Part shown: piece by piece, positions 9,128 through 18,203 of the stretch
Layout of the letters: the number at the start of each line of letters is the position of its first letter
Position numbering within the stretch: position 1 is the first letter of the stretch
Source of the DNA: a virus
Reading direction: 5' to 3' (one strand)
Virus record (IMG/VR): IMGVR_UViG_3300035492_000206
DNA length: 64,000 bases
Notes under the pieces: model-generated
Database searches by the model: none
Seen by the model: only the letters and a program-made list of their open reading frames with translations
Told to the model about the DNA's origin: nothing
Position numbers and translations under genes: made by a program

Positions 9128-9571
9128 ATGCGAATGTTGACCATTGGCGCTCCCACCCTGATCGGTGAGAGCGCCGACGCGCTGGCGGCAAAGCTGCAGG
9201 ATGCAGAGTTCCCGCTGGTGCTTGATATCACCAGTCACGCGCCGTTCAACCTGAGCTTGCCGGAAGCCCGTGTATTCCTGCGACCGAGCGAAACCCGTGC
9301 GTTCACCGTTGCTGATGCGGCCTCACTGGCGCGCATGGTTCGCAGTGCAGCCCAAGTAGCCGAGCTGAACTCAAGCGCCAAGCTGGTCACGCTGAAGGCT
9401 GAGTCTCTGGATGAAGCTGAGAATAAGGCTGGTGAGGCTGTTACTGATAGCAAGGCTGATCAGGATCAGGTTGAGCCGGATACCGATGCTCAAGAGCCCG
9501 AAGTAACGACAGAGCCTAAACCGGCAGCGCCCAAGCGCAGCACTACACGCCGCAAACCGGCAACCAAGTAA
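9128..9571 (+). CDS. Hypothetical virion-associated protein
   Basis: 147 aa between capsid and sheath, with an acidic then basic low-complexity C-terminus. GAGG SD. Confidence 0.7.
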   Translation: MRMLTIGAPTLIGESADALAAKLQDAEFPLVLDITSHAPFNLSLPEARVFLRPSETRAFTVADAASLARMVRSAAQVAELNSSAKLVTLKAESLDEAENKAGEAVTDSKADQDQVEPDTDAQEPEVTTEPKPAAPKRSTTRRKPATK

Positions 9572-9585
9572 GAGAGGTTTAACCG

Positions 9586-11235
9586 ATGGCCGTATCTTTT
9601 GTACGCCAGCTGGGTGCCGAATCCGGCGTTCAGCTCAACCCGTTGCGCGACAACTCCGAGCTTCCGAGTGGCAGCAATGCTGATCAGATGTTTGGTATCG
9701 CCATGCGGGCAACCCGAGGCCGTATCGACCGTGCTTTCACGGTCAATGCAGGCAATGTCCGTACCCGTTTGGGTAAGGGCGAATCCATGCGCGTGAATAC
9801 GCAGAATGAAGCCTGGGTACAGGTGGTAGAGGCGCTGAATAAGGGCGCGTACACCGCTGTTGTCAGTCGGTTGCATACTGCTGACGCCAAGCTGAACTGG
9901 ATCGTTGTGACCGAAGTGCTGGACGAAGTGAGCCAGGAGCCTACCGGCGCGCTGTCCTTCGCTGTATCCGAGACTGAGCCGGCCCTGCCGTACCTGCTGG
10001 CGATCAAGCATCTTGATTGCTTCAATGACGGCATCAAGGTCGCGATTCATGCCGATGAAAACCGCGTTGGCGGTGTGAATTCTGCAACAGACGTGATCAC
10101 GCTTCGCCTGCTGGACAAAGATGATGACGTGCTGTCCGAGTACACCGGCTCGCTGGTTCCCGGCGCTCAGGATGACACCGGCAACTCCATCTTCCTGCCG
10201 GACGTGATCGAGCTGCGCACCGATGCGCTCGAGGTCATGGTGGGCGAAACCACCAGCATTGCACCGACATCTGATGCCTATGGTTTCAGCGGCACGCAGC
10301 TAAAGTGGGCAACCTCCGATGTGCAGCTTTACTTCACCGAAGGTAGCACTGTTTACACGGTGGAAGACTGCCAGCGCGCCGCCAAGCAGCTGCAGGATAC
10401 ACAGTACAACTATGCGTATATCGCCTCCGGCGGTACCAAGTCTGCAACCCTGCTGGCCTCTCTGCTGGATCTGATGCACAACACCAACCGCCAGTTGCGC
10501 ATCGATGTGCCGGGTGATCTGACGCCGGAAGAGGCGGTGGCATGGATTGAGCAGATGAACATTTCTGCCAATGCCTCCGCGCACCTTGCGCATGCCTTCT
10601 GGGCTCCGCTCAAGTCGAATGACCCCTCAGGCATCAATGCTAAGGGTTATTTCGGTACCGCTGCGCTCAATATTGCCAAGGCGTGTGCGCGTAACGCTCA
10701 GACCAATGCCAAAGGCTTCGCGCCGAAGAACTACCCGGTTGCAGGTCGTGAATGGCAGGTTGACCGCACCGGCATCATCCAGACCTACACCCCTGACAAT
10801 CAGGAGCTGGATATGCTGGCACGCGCCAAGATCAACCCGGTGATCCATGAGACCTACACCGGCGGCGGTCGCTACGTGTGGCGCGATTCCCTGACCTGCG
10901 CACCGGTGACCAACTCGCTGAAGAAGCTGATCGCCGTGGTCGATATGTCGACCAGCATCGATGATGCCGTGACCCGCTTTGCCAAGGATGCGCTGCAGAA
11001 GCCGATGAAAGTAGCCGTCAAGCGTACCGCTGATTTCCTGCAGGTGCTGTTTGAGGGTGCCGAGGCCTCTGACTGGATCGTGCCTTCGGATGATCCTGCC
11101 ATGGGTGGCGCATCGTTCCGCTTCGTGGTGGCGCCCAATGAGGCCAGCCCTTACGACCGCATGGACGTGAGCTACTGGGTTCGTTATGACGGCACCAACC
11201 GTCAGACCTTTGTTACACAGACTCTGAACCGTTAA
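9586..11235 (+). CDS. Contractile tail sheath protein (P1 gp22-like)
   Basis: 549 aa. C-terminal sheath signature (LARAKINPV...YVWRDSLT...FLQVLFEGA...MDVSYWVRYDG). Confidence 0.8.
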   Translation: MAVSFVRQLGAESGVQLNPLRDNSELPSGSNADQMFGIAMRATRGRIDRAFTVNAGNVRTRLGKGESMRVNTQNEAWVQVVEALNKGAYTAVVSRLHTADAKLNWIVVTEVLDEVSQEPTGALSFAVSETEPALPYLLAIKHLDCFNDGIKVAIHADENRVGGVNSATDVITLRLLDKDDDVLSEYTGSLVPGAQDDTGNSIFLPDVIELRTDALEVMVGETTSIAPTSDAYGFSGTQLKWATSDVQLYFTEGSTVYTVEDCQRAAKQLQDTQYNYAYIASGGTKSATLLASLLDLMHNTNRQLRIDVPGDLTPEEAVAWIEQMNISANASAHLAHAFWAPLKSNDPSGINAKGYFGTAALNIAKACARNAQTNAKGFAPKNYPVAGREWQVDRTGIIQTYTPDNQELDMLARAKINPVIHETYTGGGRYVWRDSLTCAPVTNSLKKLIAVVDMSTSIDDAVTRFAKDALQKPMKVAVKRTADFLQVLFEGAEASDWIVPSDDPAMGGASFRFVVAPNEASPYDRMDVSYWVRYDGTNRQTFVTQTLNR

Positions 11236-11246
11236 GGAGATTCAGA

Positions 11247-11930
11247 ATGAGCAATGCTCTGCGAGGTCATTTGTATGACCTGATGGACGAAGAGCAGCAG
11301 GCCCAGGCACGGAAGGCGGCGCTTGATAGCGCCGTCGAACCGGCGATGGATTCCGCTGCGAAATACGAAACCATGACGGCACGCATGGAAGCGGCTGCTG
11401 CGATCAATCAATGGATTGAAGACGGTGATTTGGACGATGGCGAACAGCTGTCCGATCGCCTGCTTGCACTGATGGTCGGCATTGCCGATGACGATCAAGA
11501 GGGCGAGTTGGAAGACGACGAACAGGAGGTCATGGTGTCCGCATTGGAAGCCGCGTGGGATTACCTGTCCATGATGGGCGTGGATGATGAAGACCTTGAC
11601 CTGCTGTTGAACGAGTGGGACGCCGATGCGGCTGTTCGTGTGCATGATCTGGTCTCTGCCAGCATGGAAGCGGACGCCACCGATGACGAAATGGATAACT
11701 TTGTCTTCGGTGAAGAGGCGCAGGAAGCCGTTTTTGACGCCGTTTACCGCAAGAAAGTGGCGGTGCGCGGTGGCAAGAAAGTGCGCATCAACAAGCGCGT
11801 GGGTGGCAATGTGCGCCTGAGCGGCAAGCAGAAGGTGGCAATCCGCAAGGCTCAGCGTAAAGCGCGTTCTGCAGGTGCCAAGGTGCGCCGCATGAAGTCG
11901 ATGAAAGTCCGGCGCAAGCTAGGTCTGTAA
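11247..11930 (+). CDS. Prohead core/scaffold-like protein (acidic body, very basic C-terminus)
   Basis: D/E-rich core, ending KARSAGAKVRRMKSMKVRRKLGL, reminiscent of the T4 gp68 tail. Carries ALDSA/MDSA/FDAV motifs. Confidence 0.55.
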   Translation: MSNALRGHLYDLMDEEQQAQARKAALDSAVEPAMDSAAKYETMTARMEAAAAINQWIEDGDLDDGEQLSDRLLALMVGIADDDQEGELEDDEQEVMVSALEAAWDYLSMMGVDDEDLDLLLNEWDADAAVRVHDLVSASMEADATDDEMDNFVFGEEAQEAVFDAVYRKKVAVRGGKKVRINKRVGGNVRLSGKQKVAIRKAQRKARSAGAKVRRMKSMKVRRKLGL

Positions 11931-11943
11931 TTGACACACTTCA

Positions 11944-11971
11944 AGCGGTCCTGACGGGCCGCTCCTTTTTT
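11944..11971 (+). terminator. Rho-independent terminator after the capsid-sheath operon
   Basis: AGCGGTCC-tgac-GGGCCGCT then CC and T6. Confidence 0.7.
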
Positions 11972-11984
11972 GAGGTTTCACACG

Positions 11985-12752
11985 ATGGCTGGAAACGAAT
12001 CTGGCACGCTGATGGCTCGCATGGGGTCAAAGTGGGACGGTTTGAGCCGTCACCTGCTGGCCAGCCTGCATGAAGTCGACATTGACGGCAATCCAGTAGG
12101 CGACATCGAGCTGCAGGCTCCGTTTGTCGAAGATGTTCAGCTTGACCTCGAGATGAACTGGCAAAGCCCCTTTGAGGGCGCCGGTGCAGAGGGCGCTGCC
12201 CCGGCTCTGAGTAGCATGCTGCAGTCTGGCGCCATACCGGCAATCACCGAAAAGGTCGGAGAACAGCTGGATACGTCAATATTTGACGGGCTATCAGGTG
12301 CAGCCAAGGCGGCTATAGGTCGTTCTGGCATGACCAAGCTGAACAGTACGCAGATCTTCAACGGTATGCCGCCCTTGCGCATCCAGGGCGAACTGCTGTT
12401 CCGTGCCTGGTCCGATCCTGTCAGTGAAGTGGAAGCGCCGATCGATCAGTTGATTCAGTGGGCGCTGCCTGAGTATCTGGCCCCCGAGGGCACACTGGTG
12501 ACGGCCGTGCTCGATTACGCCACCTCCGATAAGGGCATGATTGAATCCGCCTTCCCATCCAAGGTGCCGGCACTGGTGGCCCTGACCTACAAGGGCCGCA
12601 CCTACTCCCCGATGGTGATTGAGCGTGTGGGCGTGCCGCTTGGCAGTCCCGTTGATCGATTTGGCCGGTTCACCCAAATGAAAGTCCCTGTAACGCTGGC
12701 CACCCTGACAGGTAAAGACCGTGCCGACTGGATGGCTATGAGGAATCGTTAA
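11985..12752 (+). CDS. Tail-tube initiator/baseplate protein (P1 PmgG- or T4 gp48-like)
   Basis: NWQSPFE...NSTQIFNGMPPL...LLFRAWSDPVSEVEAPI...PMVIERV pattern and tail context. Confidence 0.55.
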   Translation: MAGNESGTLMARMGSKWDGLSRHLLASLHEVDIDGNPVGDIELQAPFVEDVQLDLEMNWQSPFEGAGAEGAAPALSSMLQSGAIPAITEKVGEQLDTSIFDGLSGAAKAAIGRSGMTKLNSTQIFNGMPPLRIQGELLFRAWSDPVSEVEAPIDQLIQWALPEYLAPEGTLVTAVLDYATSDKGMIESAFPSKVPALVALTYKGRTYSPMVIERVGVPLGSPVDRFGRFTQMKVPVTLATLTGKDRADWMAMRNR

Positions 12753-13519
12753 TGATCAATATACCGCCGCTACGCACCAAGCGCCTGACGGTGCAGATGA
12801 AAGAGATATCAATGAAGGATGCCATTGCGCTGGCAACTATTCCTGACCGCCTGCAGCAGGCCTCAGCATCCTTTTTTCTGAACGCCGTTATCGAGCAGTC
12901 GGACGGTATTGAAAGCCCTGATGACTGGACCGTGCAAGAGCGGACCATGGCGATTTGTCACTATATGTCGGCCACCTTTGATGATGGGCCTGACTTTGCT
13001 CTGGCAGGCGGCGACGCGCGTTACTCCGACTACCTGATTGGTGGCGAAGACTATCCCGGTGACCACTTTGACCTGGGTGAAGTCGAGGGTGATAAGTGGT
13101 CTATCCGACCCCTGACCGGACGCCTGGCAAGTGCAATCGAGCGACTGGAAGGCGAAGTTGGCGGCATTGCCGGGTACGCACATTGGCAGGTGGGCCTGAT
13201 GGCGGCGCAGATGGTTCCGAATGGTCGCATGGAGCTGCCAGAGCAGGATGGTGAGCTGGATACGCTGCTGCTGGAGCGCATGCGCGTATTCGCTCAGTAC
13301 CCCGAAAGCGTGTTTATACAGCTGCTGGAGCGCTTCCATGCAGGCGCAGATCAGCTCAAACACCTGCTCAATATATCGTTTGACCGTACCGGCATCGTGG
13401 TGCTGCCCAGCGATAAGGAGGGCAATGCGGCAAAACCGCCGGCCAGGTTTCCAGTTAGCACCTGCATCACCTCGTTTGCGCGCCGAATGGGTCGAGAGTA
13501 TGGAGATGATCGCGCATAA
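12752..13519 (+). CDS. Baseplate hub assembly chaperone-like protein
   Basis: 255 aa, coupled to the upstream gene. Context-based. Confidence 0.45.
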   Translation: MINIPPLRTKRLTVQMKEISMKDAIALATIPDRLQQASASFFLNAVIEQSDGIESPDDWTVQERTMAICHYMSATFDDGPDFALAGGDARYSDYLIGGEDYPGDHFDLGEVEGDKWSIRPLTGRLASAIERLEGEVGGIAGYAHWQVGLMAAQMVPNGRMELPEQDGELDTLLLERMRVFAQYPESVFIQLLERFHAGADQLKHLLNISFDRTGIVVLPSDKEGNAAKPPARFPVSTCITSFARRMGREYGDDRA

Positions 13520-13730
13520 CCTGTCCCTGTATGCCTCAACACCCCTGCCTGACGCCCTCGGAATGCCGCATAGCGATGCGTATACATTCTTCGAAGGCAA
13601 AGCCTTTGCTGACTGGCGAAAGGGCAAGGAGGGGGAGTTGAAGCTGCAGGCGGGCATTGCAGATCGTCTGAACAACGTCATTCGCGCGTGCGGCGCCATT
13701 GTGAAAACCATAGCAGGATCGAGACGATGA
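13500..13730 (+). CDS. Small tail assembly protein
   Basis: MEMIAHNLSLYASTPLPDAL... overlaps the 3' end of the chaperone gene and the endolysin start. Confidence 0.5.
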   Translation: MEMIAHNLSLYASTPLPDALGMPHSDAYTFFEGKAFADWRKGKEGELKLQAGIADRLNNVIRACGAIVKTIAGSRR

Positions 13731-14527
13731 CCATCATGAGAATAGGTGACAAAGGGGCTGATGTGCGCACCCTGCAGAGCCAGCTGGGTGCCAATGGTTT
13801 TGCGCTGGTGCCTGATGGGCACTACGGCCCGGCGACAGAGAAGGCTGTTCGTGAGTTTCAGCGTTACATGGGTCTGGTCGTGGACGGTATCGCCGGTAGC
13901 AAGACGCTTAACGCGCTATCTGGCGTGCGTGTTGATTACCTGCTGCAGGACAAGGATCTATACCGTGCCGCCGAAGAACTGGGTGTTGAGATGGCCGTGA
14001 TACGGGCGGTAAATGCAGTCGAGAGCCGGGGTGACGGGTTCTTTGCTGCCGGCCAGCCAGCCATTCTGTATGAGCGCCACATTATGCGCCGTCGATTGCT
14101 GGCCGCTGGTATCAGCGTTGAGGGTCTGCCCCCGAGCCTGGTCAATACCGCAACTGGTGGCTATATCGGCGGCCTGAGGGAATATGACCGACTGGCATCT
14201 GCCATCGAGATCGACCGCGATTGCGCGCATGAATCGTGTTCATGGGGTGCATTCCAAATCATGGGTTACCACTGGAAGGCGCTGGGATACAGCTCAATTG
14301 ATGAATTCGTGTCGCTGATGAAGCGTTCAGAGGGTGATCACCTGGATGCTTTTGTGCGCTTCATAAAGGTCAACTGGACGCTGCAGGCTGCACTCCAGGA
14401 GAAGGATTGGGCTGCGTTTGCGCGCGGCTACAATGGCCCTGCCTACTGGAGGCACGGCTATCACCACCGAATGGCGGCTGAGTACGAGCGCATATCTGAA
14501 GAGGATCGTACCGGCATGGCGGCATAA
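13727..14527 (+). CDS. Endolysin: peptidoglycan-binding domain plus N-acetylmuramidase (DUF3380-type)
   Basis: GDKGADVRTLQSQL...DGHYGPATEKAVREFQ...DGIAGSKT is PG-binding. VESRG, ILYERH, SWGAFQIMGYHW and FARGYNGPAY are muramidase motifs. Confidence 0.92.
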   Translation: MTIMRIGDKGADVRTLQSQLGANGFALVPDGHYGPATEKAVREFQRYMGLVVDGIAGSKTLNALSGVRVDYLLQDKDLYRAAEELGVEMAVIRAVNAVESRGDGFFAAGQPAILYERHIMRRRLLAAGISVEGLPPSLVNTATGGYIGGLREYDRLASAIEIDRDCAHESCSWGAFQIMGYHWKALGYSSIDEFVSLMKRSEGDHLDAFVRFIKVNWTLQAALQEKDWAAFARGYNGPAYWRHGYHHRMAAEYERISEEDRTGMAA

Positions 14528-14531
14528 GGCT

Positions 14532-14572
14532 GGAAAAACAGCACAGTGGTGGAGCATGACGCTGGGTAGAGT
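14532..14572 (+). promoter_or_regulatory. Putative phage late promoter (GGAAA-N30-TAGAGT) for the tail tube operon
   Basis: GGAAA at 14532, TAGAGT at 14567. Confidence 0.6.
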
Positions 14573-14629
14573 GATACTGCCCGGCGCGCTCGCGTTGGGG
14601 TTTGCGATCATCCAAACGTGGAGCCGATT

Positions 14630-15130
14630 ATGACCGTATCCGTTAACCAGTACCTGCGAGGGTACTACGACAAGACCAAGGCCCTCGGTCAGAAGGTGGT
14701 CAACTCCGACTACACCTTCGAGATCGAAGGGTTCGAGGGCATGTACCTGCTGGCCAAGCAGTGTCCGTGGCCCGTTACCACAGTGGCCGGTGAAATTGAG
14801 GTGCCGACCCCGCTGGGCGTACCGATCTATGAGCCGCAGCAGATCAAGCCCAATAAGCAGGGGCAGGTATCCTTCCTGGAAACCGTTGATGCGCCTATCG
14901 ACAACATGCTGGTGGAGCTGATCACCCAGGGTGGCACCTTCAATGCCAAGATCTACGAAGGCACCCCGGACAAGTATCTGCGCTACAAGCGTATTGTCGA
15001 TGCCTTTATCCAGATCGATGACGCCGACCGTGACTGGGAGAACCGCACCCAGATCCTGACCTTCAGCGGCACCATGTTCTACCACTACTACGGCGAGCTG
15101 ATCGAAGGCAACTCCAAGGATTATCGCTGA
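14630..15130 (+). CDS. Tail tube protein (P1 BplB-like)
   Basis: Similar length and pattern to P1 BplB (VNSDYTFEIEG...LLAKQCPWP...GQVSFLETV...GTMFYHY). Strong codon bias. Confidence 0.7.
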   Translation: MTVSVNQYLRGYYDKTKALGQKVVNSDYTFEIEGFEGMYLLAKQCPWPVTTVAGEIEVPTPLGVPIYEPQQIKPNKQGQVSFLETVDAPIDNMLVELITQGGTFNAKIYEGTPDKYLRYKRIVDAFIQIDDADRDWENRTQILTFSGTMFYHYYGELIEGNSKDYR

Positions 15131-15507
15131 TGGCGCTGCTGTCTGAGCTGGTTGATCGTTTCCTGCTGCAAGAGCGCGGCGCGGCCAACATTCTGCCACC
15201 TGAGTCTGTTACGGCGCAGGCGCTGGCAGCGGTGGAGTTCTATGCAGGCTTTGCCGAGCTGGAAACCCCGCCGGAGCTCGGGCAGCCGATCACCGCCAAT
15301 ATCGATATATCCGTGTCTGAGTGGGCTGAAATACGCCCGCTCTTTCTTCTGTATGTGGAGCGCGAAAGTGCGCTGCAGATGGAGGCGACGCGGTCAATGG
15401 GGGCGGAGGTGTTCGGCCGTAACAGCTCAGAAGTGGGCAACGATATTACCCAGATGGAAGCCGATATGCCGCGCCGGGTGTTCTGCATTCCGATCATCAC
15501 GGTGTAA
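15130..15507 (+). CDS. Putative head-tail adaptor
   Basis: 125 aa helical protein coupled to the tube gene. Context-based. Confidence 0.4.
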   Translation: MALLSELVDRFLLQERGAANILPPESVTAQALAAVEFYAGFAELETPPELGQPITANIDISVSEWAEIRPLFLLYVERESALQMEATRSMGAEVFGRNSSEVGNDITQMEADMPRRVFCIPIITV

Positions 15508-15513
15508 CGCCCG

Positions 15514-16407
15514 ATGCAGCTGTTCTATGACACTGACAAGCCGATTCGTGGCGATTTTATCCGTCGCGCGGTACTGCGTTCCGACCTGGTGCCAGTTCCG
15601 CTGACACTTGAGGCGGATATCCGTATTGATGCTGAAAGCGGGCCTTACTTTACCGTTGGCCGGTCGATTCATACCTATGCCAATGACGAGATGGAGATCG
15701 TCAAGTCAGAGGTCATACCGTCCGGACGGGTTCAGGGTGAATCCGAGGCGGCATTCGTGCGCATCATTGCCATCCTGAAGCCAGTGAAGGAGGTGTCGTT
15801 CATCAAGCCTTACGCCATCATCAAGCGTGGTGCGACGCTGGCTGAGATTTACCGGGCTGCAGGCGCAACCTTGCGCGGCATCGAAGGGGATTTTGCCGTC
15901 AGTCGATACACTTGCCTGGTGGGTGAGGTACCCAGCTACCACATTTCACGCGCACTGCAGGAAGCGGGTGGTGTTGTGCGGTGGCGCAATGGTCGACTGG
16001 CATTCATATCCCTTCCTGGCCTGTTCCAGCAATCACCGGTCGATACAGTGCCTGCCGGTAACGCCGAGACAGTGGATTCAGGATTCCGAGAGCGGCATGA
16101 AATACCGTCATTCTACAGCCTGGATGCGGACGGCCAGTTCGTGTACGGCAATCGCAACAAAGTGCGGGCTGTGCGATTCCAGCAAGGCGCAAACGCGCCC
16201 ACATTGCGCAACATGACGGCCTGTCTGGTTGTGGATCGCGTCAGTCGCTTCAAATATGCACCCGTGATCGCTGCAGGTGATCTGGTCGAAGTGCAGGGCG
16301 TTGGCAATCGCGCGGTTATCACGGCTGCCAGTGTGTTCGAGGCGGGCACTGATGGTGAATCGCCGCAGCAGTACACAAAGCTTTGGCTGGGGAGGTTGCA
16401 GCAGTGA
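15514..16407 (+). CDS. Baseplate hub protein (gpD/gp27-like, P1 gp6-like)
   Basis: 297 aa immediately before the spike gene. Context and size. Confidence 0.55.
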   Translation: MQLFYDTDKPIRGDFIRRAVLRSDLVPVPLTLEADIRIDAESGPYFTVGRSIHTYANDEMEIVKSEVIPSGRVQGESEAAFVRIIAILKPVKEVSFIKPYAIIKRGATLAEIYRAAGATLRGIEGDFAVSRYTCLVGEVPSYHISRALQEAGGVVRWRNGRLAFISLPGLFQQSPVDTVPAGNAETVDSGFRERHEIPSFYSLDADGQFVYGNRNKVRAVRFQQGANAPTLRNMTACLVVDRVSRFKYAPVIAAGDLVEVQGVGNRAVITAASVFEAGTDGESPQQYTKLWLGRLQQ

Positions 16408-16871
16408 GTAGTGGCAGCGGTTTGCTGTATGGCAAGTGGCCGGCAGTGGTCACAGCCTACGATCAGGATAGCCGGACCTGCGAGATCGAAATACCGGGTC
16501 AAACGGACGGATCACAGCTGCGCATGATTGCCGAAATCGAATACCCGATTGGCGATAAGTCGCGGCATGCCACCATGACTGAGATCGAGATACTGCCCGG
16601 CGATCTGGTCTGGATTGAGTTCATACAGGGCGATCCACGATACCCGTTGATCACCGGCTGGCGTAACCCGACACAGGGCAACTCAAAGGACTGGCGCCGC
16701 TGGCACCATGCCAACATGGAGCTGCTGATCGATGGTCAGATGCGGACCATTTCCCAAGGCACCATTTACGAGCAGGCTGCCGACAGCATCACGCTGAAAG
16801 TTGGCGGCTCAACCCTTGTTATCACCGGCAGCGATATCACGCTCAAGGCCGGTACGATAAACCTCAACTAA
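16404..16871 (+). CDS. Baseplate spike protein (gpV/gp5-like OB fold)
   Basis: WPAVVTAYDQ...EIEILPGDLVWIEFIQGDPRYPLITG OB-fold signature and short beta-repeat tail. GTG start at 16404. Confidence 0.8.
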   Translation: MSSGSGLLYGKWPAVVTAYDQDSRTCEIEIPGQTDGSQLRMIAEIEYPIGDKSRHATMTEIEILPGDLVWIEFIQGDPRYPLITGWRNPTQGNSKDWRRWHHANMELLIDGQMRTISQGTIYEQAADSITLKVGGSTLVITGSDITLKAGTINLN

Positions 16872-16884
16872 AAGGTGAATTTTC

Positions 16885-17361
16885 ATGGCCAATTTGCTGT
16901 TTTCGTTCGATGATCTGAGCGCCAAAGACAAGGCCGCGCGTGAAGCGGTCAAGCATTTCAAGAAGGCTGGAGCTACTGTTGCCCAGGTCGATGTCAATTC
17001 CACCATCCGCAAAAGTAGCGGTGTGGGCTACCGTGAGCTGCATCTGGTATTTAATGATAGCCAGACCATCGCACTACGCATCAAAGAGACAGGCGATATC
17101 TTCCAGGTCATGCTGAACAAGAAGGTGGTGCCGATTCGCAATCAGGACGATCACGCCAAAGCCATCAAGGAAATGGTGGCGCTAATGGATCGTGGTCGTG
17201 CTGCCTTCCAGAAGAAGCTGGCACGGCAAAAAGTCAAGCTGCCGTCCGGTGTCAAAACAGCAGCGCCGAAAATGGAAGTGGCATTGCAGCAGCGTCGCGA
17301 CGAGCTGGCATCCCAGGTGGCTGCAGCCAAAGCCCAGTTGGCAGAGCTGAACGCCGCCTGA
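16885..17361 (+). CDS. hdf: Hdf-like internal head protein (stand-alone DarA N-terminal domain)
   Basis: IRKSSGVGYRELHLVFNDSQTIALRIKETGDIFQVMLNKKVVPI...MDRGRAAFQKKLAR parallels the DarA_N region of the gene at 18204. Confidence 0.65.
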   Translation: MANLLFSFDDLSAKDKAAREAVKHFKKAGATVAQVDVNSTIRKSSGVGYRELHLVFNDSQTIALRIKETGDIFQVMLNKKVVPIRNQDDHAKAIKEMVALMDRGRAAFQKKLARQKVKLPSGVKTAAPKMEVALQQRRDELASQVAAAKAQLAELNAA

Positions 17362-17362
17362 T

Positions 17363-17860
17363 ATGGCAACCGCCGTCTGGTCACCACCTCCTGGCATCCT
17401 GTTTTCTGAGCAGGAGACCGCGAAAGGCCTCAGTTATCGCATAACCTGCAGTATCGAGGCCGACCCCGCGGCGGTTGAACCTGCGCCTACGATCACCGGG
17501 TATTCAGTCGCGCTGAATCCTACACCCGAAGTCGATGTGCTGAACATCGATGTCGAGGCTGCAGGTGTGACCGTATCGAGCGAGAGCCTGGCCGGGTTAT
17601 TCGGCATCGACTTCATTGACTACTGGGTGAATGGACAGGTTGTGCGCGTGTTTGCGTGGGATGACCTGCCGGAAACTGCCGAGGAGATCGTCGAGTTCAG
17701 GCCCAGCCATGACAAGCAGCGCAGCTACACCCTGAAGGTGACGGCCTTACTATCGGACGGCGGTAGTGAGACGGCTGCATACGACTGCATTGTGTTGCAG
17801 AATTGGACAGCCGGTCGGGACCGGTTGAAGGAGGAAGTGGATGCCCGCCGTCACCCGTAA
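17363..17860 (+). CDS. Hypothetical baseplate-associated protein
   Basis: 165 aa beta-rich ORF overlapping the PAAR gene. Confidence 0.6.
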   Translation: MATAVWSPPPGILFSEQETAKGLSYRITCSIEADPAAVEPAPTITGYSVALNPTPEVDVLNIDVEAAGVTVSSESLAGLFGIDFIDYWVNGQVVRVFAWDDLPETAEEIVEFRPSHDKQRSYTLKVTALLSDGGSETAAYDCIVLQNWTAGRDRLKEEVDARRHP

Positions 17861-18128
17861 AGGCGATGATTGCACCGGCCATGGTGCGTTCGGGCCAAGA
17901 CCCAGCAGCGCCGGAAGCCCCAACGTGCTGATCAATGGCATACCGGCCCATCGCGTTGGTGATGCCTGGCCCAGTCACTGTGACCCCGATACCTGCCATG
18001 ACAGCGTTTTGTCGGGTGGTTCCAGCACCGTCATGGTGAACGGTAAGCCGCTTGGCAGGGTAGGCGATCCTGTCGCGTGCGGATCTGCCGTAGCTGCCGG
18101 TTCGCCCAACGTGTTTGCCGGGGGATAG
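17841..18128 (+). CDS. PAAR spike-tip protein
   Basis: PAVTRKGDDCTGH, PAHRVGD and PLGRVGD repeats with Cys/His metal ligands. Confidence 0.93.
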   Translation: MPAVTRKGDDCTGHGAFGPRPSSAGSPNVLINGIPAHRVGDAWPSHCDPDTCHDSVLSGGSSTVMVNGKPLGRVGDPVACGSAVAAGSPNVFAGG

Positions 18129-18130
18129 CA

Positions 18131-18170
18131 GGAAAAGGGCCGGTTTTCCGGTCGCGTAGCCCCGTAACAT
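18131..18170 (+). promoter_or_regulatory. Putative phage late promoter for the darA operon
   Basis: GGAAA at 18131, TAACAT at 18165 (offset 34 rather than 35). Confidence 0.55.
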
Positions 18171-18203
18171 TGGCCTTAACAATCCAACCGTGTTGAGGCC
18201 AAT

